DNA of 64,000 bases from contig JBIKJF010000011.1 in assembly GCA_044361155.1 (NCBI GenBank), positions 69 through 64,068 of the forward strand, written 5' to 3'. This document shows positions 53,364 through 60,742 of this stretch, piece after piece. Both the position numbers and the translations under genes were made by a program. Position 1 is the stretch's first letter. Each line of letters begins with the position of its first letter. A model generated the notes under the pieces. It worked only from the letters and a program-made list of their open reading frames with translations. It was not told where the DNA came from and made no database searches. This DNA is from Flavobacterium sp. (GTDB lineage: Bacteria; Bacteroidota; Bacteroidia; Flavobacteriales; Flavobacteriaceae).

Positions 53364-54194
53364 TTAAAGGTTTTGTTGTAAATAGTGTTTCATTTCAAGA
53401 TTGATTTCCCATTGATTCGAAAGCGGTTTCTTTGTGAAAGGCTCTTGAGGCATGTAAGGAAATGGTCCAAATTCGGGTGTAATGGTTATTTGAGAATAGT
53501 TTCTTTTCTTTTGAATTTCAATAATTTCTTTCCACCAACTTAAATAACGCTCTAAATGTGTATTCCATTCTGGTGCGAAAGGATGGTTCACTTGCGGACT
53601 TTGCTCAAAGCCAACACGAGCATGGATGTGTTTTATATTGGGATAAATTTTGGATAATAACTCTTTTTGGTCTTCTAAATTACTTTCTGAAACTACACAA
53701 AAATGTGAGAAATCGGCAATTAGTTTTAATTTGTGGTAGATGTCAATATATTTTAAAAGCGTTTTTAAATGAAATGAAAATCGCCCACGATGAATTTCAT
53801 GCCAAATGGGAATCCCTGAATTTCGAGCAATATGTTCTGTGATTTCAATTATTTTACAATTATCGCTGAAATCATAAAAATCTTTTCCTGTATGAGAGTT
53901 AATGTAATTGGGTTTTAAAGTGGTTAAAAATTCCAATCGTTTTGTAATTCTGTCAATGTATTCATCGACCGTTTCGTTTTTATTGGATAACACTTGTTGC
54001 GCAATAAAAATAAAATTAGGATTAATAGTATTTCTAATGTTCGCTAATTCTTCAAGAAATTCCGCCACAAAATTTGCATCATCAGGAAAATTGATTTCCA
54101 CACCATCATAACCATTGTTCACAACATTGGATAGAAATTCTTTTGCCGATTGATGCTCGCAACCCCAATAGGTACAGGTATATTTTACATCCAT
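53364..54194 (-). CDS. Sugar phosphate isomerase/epimerase (xylose-isomerase-like TIM barrel)
   Basis: YDGVEI, NSHTGKD, HEIHRGRF, ADFSHF, HIHARVG, TPEFGP; ATG 54194 lies 1 nt after the PhyH stop. Confidence 0.8.
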   Translation of the reverse strand: MDVKYTCTYWGCEHQSAKEFLSNVVNNGYDGVEINFPDDANFVAEFLEELANIRNTINPNFIFIAQQVLSNKNETVDEYIDRITKRLEFLTTLKPNYINSHTGKDFYDFSDNCKIIEITEHIARNSGIPIWHEIHRGRFSFHLKTLLKYIDIYHKLKLIADFSHFCVVSESNLEDQKELLSKIYPNIKHIHARVGFEQSPQVNHPFAPEWNTHLERYLSWWKEIIEIQKKRNYSQITITPEFGPFPYMPQEPFTKKPLSNQWEINLEMKHYLQQNL

Positions 54195-54195
54195 A

Positions 54196-55023
54196 TTAGT
54201 TTGAATATAAAATTGGATTAATAGGAGAGTTGATGATTTCACCAATTTTTGCACCCGGACACCAAGTATTCCAATCGTGTATCTGGTTTTTATTTTCAGG
54301 ATTTTTTAGAATCATGTCTTTGTCCATATAAATGATGGTCATGACTTTTCGCATTTCGTCAGTTACATTAGCACCAGCACGATGAAACACCCAACCGGAA
54401 TGAAAACTAATCTCGCCAACATCAAAAGGTTCAATAACATGTTTGAAATCAGTAACACGTAGTTTTTTCTGAATTACTTCTTCACTCTCGTCTCCAATTT
54501 CCAATTCGCGTCCTTCAACAATTGTATGACTTCCTGCACTGAATTCTAAAGGACCCATTTCTAGTGGTGTTGCTTGCAATGGCATCCAAGCCGTAACCGT
54601 TTTATCAGTTTCTAATGGCCAATAATATTGATCGGCATGCCAAGGAGTAATTCCACCGCCACCTTCTTTAAATAAAGCTTGGTCATGGTATAAACGAACT
54701 CCGTTTACTTCCATTAAATCGGATGCGATTTTAGCTATTCGTTTACTAAAAATTAATTCTTTTACAACATCATTTTCCAACCATAAATTGAATAATTGCA
54801 GAAATGCTTTTCCATACGTTGTTCTATCCTCAAGTGCTGTTTGCTCTTGATTCATTGCGTTTACTTGTTTTGTAATAGCATCGTTAAAGAATAGAACAGT
54901 TTCTAGATTTAGAACTTCCTTCAATTTGATATATCTATTTTTTTGATAGAAATCAATTTGTTCTTGCGAAAGCGAATAAGGCGTTTCAAGAAATTCTGAT
55001 ATTGATTTTGGTAGTGTTTGCAT
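54196..55023 (-). CDS. PhyH-family Fe(II)/2-oxoglutarate dioxygenase
   Basis: LYHDQALFKE, TPWHADQYYW (HxD), VTAWMPL, FHSGWVFHRAGAN (distal His, Arg). Confidence 0.9.
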   Translation of the reverse strand: MQTLPKSISEFLETPYSLSQEQIDFYQKNRYIKLKEVLNLETVLFFNDAITKQVNAMNQEQTALEDRTTYGKAFLQLFNLWLENDVVKELIFSKRIAKIASDLMEVNGVRLYHDQALFKEGGGGITPWHADQYYWPLETDKTVTAWMPLQATPLEMGPLEFSAGSHTIVEGRELEIGDESEEVIQKKLRVTDFKHVIEPFDVGEISFHSGWVFHRAGANVTDEMRKVMTIIYMDKDMILKNPENKNQIHDWNTWCPGAKIGEIINSPINPILYSN

Positions 55024-55210
55024 ATTCTAATTATTAAATTAAAGTAAATTAAAATGGAACATTCTATTTTAGGAATTTCAAAACTATTCATTCGTTTTGG
55101 TAAGATTTAACATTAATTTGTTTAATTATGACACTATATTGAATTATTTTTGAATGATTATATATTTTAAAGTTTATAGTATATTATGAAATCGCCATAA
55201 ACAAAATCGT

Positions 55211-56119
55211 TTGCTTGCAAACACCAATGAAAATAAAGCGATAACATATGACCTTAAAAACAATAAATATTTACATATGAAAGCTACATTAGAGAACATC
55301 CCATCAGAAAAAGGAACTTCAAGTTTTTATGCTTATCGTTTTCAGGTTCCCTTTTTTGAATTCAAATGGCATTATCACCCAGAATTTGAGTTGACTTACA
55401 TTGTTAAGGGAAGTGGCTACAGAATTGTTGGGAACTCTTATGAATATTTTAGCAATGGTGATTTAGTTTTGTTGGGAAGCAATTTGCCGCATACTTGGTC
55501 TGGTAAATTAGAGGATGACGTAAAATCGGATGCAATTGTAATTCAGTTTTCTAAGGAATTTATAGCACCATTCTTAGAACTAAATGAAAGTGTATTAATT
55601 AAGGACATGTTGCAACATTCTGAAAGAGGAATAAGTTTTGAGATTGATGAAGCGTTAGTTTCAAAAATTATTGATTTAACCGAAGCTAAAGGAGTGGATA
55701 GGGTATTAAAGTTGATTTCGATTTTGGATGTACTGTCTAAAAAGCAAGCAAGGTTGATTGCACCAAATGCTTTTCATAATGTTGTATCTAAAAAAAATGA
55801 GCTACGGATTAATAAAGTTTGTTCGTTTATACAAAACAACTTCTATAATAAAATCTCTCTAAAACAAGCAGCAGACTTAATTTATTTGACGGAAAGTAAC
55901 TTCTGTAAATTTTTCAAAAAGGCCACAGGAAAAACCTATTCTGATTATTTAAATGAGTTAAGAATAAACGAAGCTTGCCGAATGTTAATCCAATCAGAAA
56001 AAACGATTAGTCAAATATCTTTTGAATGTGGTTTTGAAACGCTTAGTTATTTTAACAGAGTTTTTTTCAATAAAAAAGGAATGACACCTTCTACATTTAA
56101 AAAAGAAAATCTAATTTGA
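55211..56119 (+). CDS. AraC family regulator with cupin sensor (start probably ATG 55277)
   Basis: WHYHPEFEL, LPHTW, FCKFFKKATG...LRINEACRML, CGFETLSYFNRVF; divergent from the sugar operon. Confidence 0.92.
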   Translation: MLANTNENKAITYDLKNNKYLHMKATLENIPSEKGTSSFYAYRFQVPFFEFKWHYHPEFELTYIVKGSGYRIVGNSYEYFSNGDLVLLGSNLPHTWSGKLEDDVKSDAIVIQFSKEFIAPFLELNESVLIKDMLQHSERGISFEIDEALVSKIIDLTEAKGVDRVLKLISILDVLSKKQARLIAPNAFHNVVSKKNELRINKVCSFIQNNFYNKISLKQAADLIYLTESNFCKFFKKATGKTYSDYLNELRINEACRMLIQSEKTISQISFECGFETLSYFNRVFFNKKGMTPSTFKKENLI

Positions 56120-56155
56120 TATTCGGATAATACAATTCAACTATTTAGAAGTTCA

Positions 56156-56503
56156 ACGTTGGCTGAGGCTCTCGAAACCAATGTGGGGATTAACTACGTT
56201 GTTCCCATATAGGGAATCCTGGGCAAAAGAAAACTTTACTGATTATTGCTATAATCAATAGTTTTTTGTTCATCACGTTGGCTGAGGCTCTCGAAGCCAA
56301 TGTGGGATTAACTACGTTGTTCCCATATAGGGAATCCTGGGCAAAAGAAAACCTAAATGATTATTTGCATAATCATTTGTTTTATACTTCACGTTGGTTG
56401 AAGCTCTCGAAGTCAATGTTGGGATTAACTTCGTTGTTCCCAGATAGGGAATCCTGGGCAAAAGAAAACCTAAATGATTATTTGCATAATCATTTGTTTT
56501 TTT
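56156..56503. repeat. Three tandem ~117-bp structured repeats
   Basis: Units start at 56156, 56275 and 56391; each has TTGG-CTGAGGCTCTCGAAG-CCAA-like, TTCCC-A.ATA-GGGAA and GATTAT-TTGC/TGCT-ATAATC hairpins plus a T-rich tail. Confidence 0.92.
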
Positions 56504-56560
56504 ATTTCAAAAAAACGACTTTCAAAAGCAAAGCTTTTGAGCCATTTTTTTGTAATAAAA

Positions 56561-56587
56561 AAACCGATTAGCTATGCTAATCGGTTT
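56561..56587 (-). terminator. Intrinsic terminator downstream of the tRNA 3' fragment
   Basis: Perfect AAACCGATTAGC-TAT-GCTAATCGGTTT, followed by a T run on the minus strand. Confidence 0.85.
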
Positions 56588-56592
56588 TCTTT

Positions 56593-56610
56593 TGCGGAGA
56601 AAGAGGGATT
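56593..56610 (-). other. att core: duplicated 3' end of a tRNA-Ser-like gene
   Basis: Minus strand AATCCCTCTTTCTCCGCA equals the T-arm 3' half, acceptor strand and G73 discriminator; the T-loop is broken (GGTT-AATCCC instead of GGTTCGAATCCC) and the rest of the tRNA is absent. Confidence 0.8.
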
Positions 56611-56666
56611 AACCTCGTGCCTTTATATTGCTGATATACAATGTAGTATATTTTGTTTTTAATTCA

Positions 56667-56687
56667 AGTACCCCTAATAGTACCCCT
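56667..56687 (+). promoter_or_regulatory. Direct repeats, candidate integrase arm-type sites
   Basis: AGTACCCCT at 56667-56675 and 56679-56687, about 60 bp inside the att. Confidence 0.45.
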
Positions 56688-56839
56688 CTAAATTATTGTG
56701 GTTTATCATCTATGTTGATACTTCAAATTTACAAAAAATACTTCAATTTAAATTCCGTTTTGTGATTAAAATTTGAATTGGTAGTTATTTATTTTACAGA
56801 CAAGTAAAGTTTGTTTTTTGAACAAGTAAACTTTAAAAA

Positions 56840-57043
56840 CTAACCAATAATAAGACGCTCAACTTGTTCATATTTTAAGCTAGTGTATTGGCAGAACTCC
56901 TCGATGCTCACAAGTTCATTTTGGAGCTTATTGAGGTCCTTTCTGATATTTTGCAACATTCGTATGCTTTGCCTGTAACTCTTCCCTGTAATACGTTGTA
57001 TGTCCTTTGGGTAGATACACAATCTCTTATTTTCAATTTTCAT
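56840..57043 (-). CDS. Small basic HTH protein, excisionase/RDF-like
   Basis: 67 aa, IYPKDIQRITGKSYRQSIRMLQNIRK (MerR/Xis-like HTH); first gene inside the att. Confidence 0.6.
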   Translation of the reverse strand: MKIENKRLCIYPKDIQRITGKSYRQSIRMLQNIRKDLNKLQNELVSIEEFCQYTSLKYEQVERLIIG

Positions 57044-57206
57044 ACACTATCTATAGCTTTAACTAGGCTTTGACTTACATGAAAGCCGTATAATCCAATT
57101 TTTTGAACAGGATAAAATTAGTAAAAAATCTATTTTGTTTAGAAGCTGCAATTTACTTTTAATTTTTAGGTTCAAAAACGTGTATTTATGTCGATTTCTG
57201 CCATTT

Positions 57207-57223
57207 ATGTCACAAAGTGACAT
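57207..57223. promoter_or_regulatory. Operator-like palindrome in divergent intergenic region
   Basis: ATGTCAC-AAA-GTGACAT. Confidence 0.45.
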
Positions 57224-57355
57224 ATTGTATTGGTGCTACTTTTTTAATCGGTTTAATTGACTAAAATTTGTTTTTGAAATCAATCGATGGATGTTGCAAC
57301 AGAATGATGATTGAGGGAAATGATCACTGATTTTAATAATTAAAATTTTGAAGTT

Positions 57356-58114
57356 ATGGCTAGACAGAAAGGCATAATTAAACTAAAAGGTACTATCGGA
57401 GATATTACTTTTTACAAAACGCAAGATGGACACTTAGCAAGAGAAAAAGGCGGAATTGACGCTAGTAGAATTGCCAGTGACCCTGCGTTTCAAAGAACGC
57501 GTGAAAATGGTTCGGAGTTTGGCAGAGCTGGCAAAGCCGGAAAGGTTTTGAGAACGGCATTAAGAGCATTGCTTTTAAATTCTGCTGATGGTAGAATGGT
57601 TAGTCGTTTGACGCAAGCGATGGTAAAGGTTATTCAAGCGGATTTGGTGAGCGACAGAGGCTTGCGTAACGTGATTGATGGTGAAGCGGAATTGCTTACG
57701 GGATTCGAGTTTAACATTCGTGGTAAATTAGGAACTAGTTTATTCGCTCCTTTTGTTGCAACAATTGACCGTGTTGCTGGAGAAATAAGTGTTGATTTGG
57801 CTTCGTTTATTCCAGTTAATATGATTGCAGCTCCATCAGGAACTACTCATTTTAAAATTATTTCTGCTGGTGCTGAAATTGATTTTGAAGCTGAAACGTT
57901 TGTCGAAACGCATTCAGAAACTGCCATTTTACCATGGGATGCCACTGCAACTGCTGTGATAAGCCAAGTAAATGCAGTTACGCCTGCGAGTACAAAACCA
58001 TTGTTTTTGGCATTAGGTGTTGAATTTTATCAGCAAGTAAATGGAACTATGTACCCGCTTAAAAATGGTGCTTTCAACCCGTTATCGGTTGTGAAAGTAG
58101 ATAGCGGTGTGTAA
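57356..58114 (+). CDS. Hypothetical 252-aa protein (basic N-terminal arm, beta-rich C-terminal half); possible virion structural protein
   Basis: MARQKGIIKLKGTIGDITFYK...; no signal peptide; TAATG-coupled to DUF5675. Confidence 0.8.
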   Translation: MARQKGIIKLKGTIGDITFYKTQDGHLAREKGGIDASRIASDPAFQRTRENGSEFGRAGKAGKVLRTALRALLLNSADGRMVSRLTQAMVKVIQADLVSDRGLRNVIDGEAELLTGFEFNIRGKLGTSLFAPFVATIDRVAGEISVDLASFIPVNMIAAPSGTTHFKIISAGAEIDFEAETFVETHSETAILPWDATATAVISQVNAVTPASTKPLFLALGVEFYQQVNGTMYPLKNGAFNPLSVVKVDSGV

Positions 58115-58509
58115 TGGTTCTTGAATTGACCAGAACTTATTTCCCTAACGGAACTAACGGAAAACTCGAATGTAAAGGAAAATCGATTTGTAATACAATT
58201 GAGTTACCATGGAGAGAAAATGAAACGAGAGTTTCCTGCATTCCGGAAGGGAAATATTTTATTAAAAAACGATACAGCCAAAAATTTCAATGGCATTTGG
58301 AGGTTTTGGATGTGAAAAACAGAAGTCTAATTCTGTTTCATCCAGCCAATAATGCTTTGCAAGAATTGAACGGTTGTATTGCTCCAGTAACTAAACTTTC
58401 TGGACCAGGATTAGGGTTGATGTCCCGAAAAGCTTTTATAAGTTTAAAATCGATGGTTTATAAAGCTTTGGACAAAAAAGAAAGTGTTGAATTGATTGTG
58501 AAATCTTAA
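58114..58509 (+). CDS. DUF5675 family protein (L,D-transpeptidase-like His/Cys peptidoglycan enzyme, putative endolysin)
   Basis: TNGKL...CNTIELPW...SCIPEGKY, ILFHPANN...GCI; no signal peptide. Confidence 0.8.
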   Translation: MVLELTRTYFPNGTNGKLECKGKSICNTIELPWRENETRVSCIPEGKYFIKKRYSQKFQWHLEVLDVKNRSLILFHPANNALQELNGCIAPVTKLSGPGLGLMSRKAFISLKSMVYKALDKKESVELIVKS

Positions 58510-58521
58510 ATAGTTATTTTT

Positions 58522-58773
58522 ATGAATATACTAGAAAGAGCGAAAGCTCCAACTCCGAAATTTTTTAAGATTTTGAGAAGTATTGGATTGGCATTATTGG
58601 GTATTAGTGGTTCAATAGTAGCTGCTCCAGTTGTTTTACCTGCAGCAGTAGTTACTGCAGCAGGTTATGTAGCTGTTGCAGGTGGTGTAATTTCTGCAAT
58701 TAGCCAAATAACTGTTGATGATAAAGCCAAGAAAGAAATTGAGAACCTCAGCAAAGCGCGTGATGGAAACTAA
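58522..58773 (+). CDS. Small membrane protein, holin-like
   Basis: 83 aa, long Ala/Val/Gly hydrophobic stretch (about 2 TM), basic N-terminus, charged C-terminus. Confidence 0.6.
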   Translation: MNILERAKAPTPKFFKILRSIGLALLGISGSIVAAPVVLPAAVVTAAGYVAVAGGVISAISQITVDDKAKKEIENLSKARDGN

Positions 58774-58939
58774 TATTTCTTTAAAAGCTGGCACTGCATC
58801 AGGAACAGTATTGAGTATTTTACCCAATATTCTTTCTGAAGATATTGTAAAAACAATTATCTTAGCAGCGTTGGGAGCAACTGTTAGTTTTACGGTTTCG
58901 CTCTCATTAAAATGGTTGACAAAATCTAAAAATAAATAG
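58763..58939 (+). CDS. Small membrane protein, holin/antiholin-like (58 aa, ATG 58763)
   Basis: METNISLKAGTASGTVLSIL...IILAALGATVSFTVSLSLKWLTKSKNK; hydrophobic segments and basic tail. Confidence 0.55.
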   Translation: METNISLKAGTASGTVLSILPNILSEDIVKTIILAALGATVSFTVSLSLKWLTKSKNK

Positions 58940-58979
58940 TCCAGTTTTCGTGTGGTAACCTTTACTGGATTAACTTAAG

Positions 58980-59007
58980 AAGCCTAGTCGTTAGACCAGG
59001 CTTTTTT
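58980..59007 (+). terminator. Intrinsic terminator ending the four-gene operon
   Basis: AAGCCTAGTC-GTTA-GACCAGGCTT-TTTT; preceded by a second hairpin TAGTCCAGT...ACTGGATTA (58937-58972). Confidence 0.75.
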
Positions 59008-59429
59008 CATTTATTACAATAGCGGTATAAAATTACTCTTCGCATATCGTTTATGAGATTGATATTCTCATGAAACTGCTTTTCCTTTTGTTCTAGAAGC
59101 TTTAGTGCTGCAATATGCTTAACATGTTGCTCGTGCTCTTCCATCATGATTTTTGCTTTTGGAAAAAACTCTTTTTTGAAGTCTGGAAGACGTAAGAATG
59201 GAATTACGGAACCACAAAGAAATTGGTGCCAGAATTTTGTTTTCCATAAACTATAAGCAATGAAAAATAAACTTTCGCATTCATCCTCGTTTTGAAAAAT
59301 GATAACAAAACTGTTCGTAAATGGCTCTTTTTGTGGCTTTCCGCTGTTCATCCCTTTGTTAAGTACAAATAAATGAGGTCTTGAGTAAATCGTGTCTTTT
59401 CGGTGGGTTTTGATGATAAAATTCGGCAT
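59007..59429 (-). CDS. DUF6943-like protein
   Basis: FVLNKGMNSGKP...PFTNSF, LCGSVIPFLRL, C-terminal amphipathic helix. Confidence 0.7.
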   Translation of the reverse strand: MPNFIIKTHRKDTIYSRPHLFVLNKGMNSGKPQKEPFTNSFVIIFQNEDECESLFFIAYSLWKTKFWHQFLCGSVIPFLRLPDFKKEFFPKAKIMMEEHEQHVKHIAALKLLEQKEKQFHENINLINDMRRVILYRYCNK

Positions 59430-59569
59430 AACATTCGGCTTTAAAAATTGATTATATTTTCAATTTTCTGCGGATTTTCTCTTGAAATGCAGGTGTCTCT
59501 CGCTACGCTCGACCTATAAATTTTTCAAAAGAAAAAAAAGAAAAAAAGAAAGCCATTCGTTCAAGTGGA

Positions 59570-60689
59570 AGGTTTCAAAAAAGCAAGTTTTTTTGAAAAA
59601 ATACTACCCGAATGGGTGGAGATTTTTTCAAAAACCCGTAGGGCTTGAACTTGCTTTTTTGTAAACCTGGAACTTATCTTTGCTCTCTTTTTTTTTATTT
59701 TTTATTTTGATTTCATTTACTAAACATCATCGTATAATCTGAATTTGTTTGAAGGATTGGGTGTTGATGTGGAAGATGGTCGTCTTTGGAAGTGTATCAA
59801 TTTTTTGTAGATGGATGACTGAGTGTGATGAAAAAGAAAATGTGCTTTATCCATCTGAAAAATTGATACTCTTCCTTCTACAATTTGATTTTTGAGGATG
59901 CTTAAATAGTGTTCAGTTTTCAGGATTTAGTAATCAATCGGAATGTTGTTATGGAAATGGGAAGCATCTTCAAAAAACAATGCAAATACTTACCAAGTGC
60001 GTTGGCAGAAGCTCAGAGCAAGGGTATCATTTTTTTATTTGCTTATTGGGAGTTTCTGATTGCTTTTATTAATAGCTGATGCCACAAATAGTGTTCAGTT
60101 TACAGTTTTTAGTCTTCAGCATAAACTTGTTTAGTAACGTTATGGCATCAGCTATTGTGAAAGCAATTACCTCTGTGCGTTGTGGCAAATGAAAAATGAT
60201 ACTCTTGCTGGCTCTTTTGGTTTTGTGGGTGCCTGATTGATGTTCTGACGGAAGAAGTTATTGCCCAGAAAAAAGTTGTTATGAAAATGAAAAGGCACTT
60301 ACAAAAGCAATGAAAACACTACCGATTTAACAAGTTAGTTGCTAAAAACAGTTACCGTAAACGTTCTTGAAAGTAAGTATGACCGTAAAGTTTCCTATGA
60401 AATAGCGAACGTTGTTGAAGACAGTGGCGAAGGGTGGTTTTTTGAGTAGCCGGCTGGTGCGATGGAAGCTGCTCAAAAAGTTGCCCTAGAGCCACTGGCA
60501 AGCGCGTTGGGTGTGGCGGCTTTTTTACATAATGTTATTATAGTGCATCCTAATATTTCATTAGTAGCAGGGTGTTTCTTTATGCACTATAATGCCACAT
60601 TATGTAAAGAAGCTTGGGGAAAAAAATTACTGGCATGAGTCGCTTTGCGAACATGTTTTTGTTCCAAAAACCATGACAGTAATTTTTTT
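59570..60689 (+). other. Non-coding array of at least seven long imperfect hairpins (structured ncRNA or ssDNA element)
   Basis: Stems 59570-59668, 59788-59875, 59889-59976, 60017-60209 (nested 60059-60167), 60422-60497, 60519-60613, 60620-60689; no credible ORF. Confidence 0.8.
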
Positions 60690-60742
60690 GGAGCGTTGGC
60701 AAAGGAGTGGCATTTGAAAACTTAAAACGTAATTAAAAAAGA

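Noticed and set aside
56156-56503. CRISPR array
   Set aside because: Units are ~117 bp and similar along their whole length, with no unique spacers and no cas genes in the window
56266-56571. 101-aa ORF with internal duplication
   Set aside because: It is just the translation of the tandem DNA repeat
56580-56680. Complete tRNA gene
   Set aside because: Only the last 18 nt match; the T-loop is broken and no anticodon or D arm can be folded
56888-57073. 61-aa + strand ORF; likewise 58636-58827, 62739-62927, 62773-62955, 63619-63876
   Set aside because: Each overlaps a better-supported gene on the opposite strand
57356-59007. Intact tailed prophage
   Set aside because: No terminase, portal, HK97-type capsid, tail or replication genes in the window
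59482-59664. 60-aa ORF in the hairpin region
   Set aside because: Low-complexity Lys/Phe content derived from A/T runs of the stems; no coding signature
59570-60720. Canonical integron attC array
   Set aside because: The stems are not enclosed by RYYYAAC...GTTRRRY boxes and no intI is visible; kept only as an analogy
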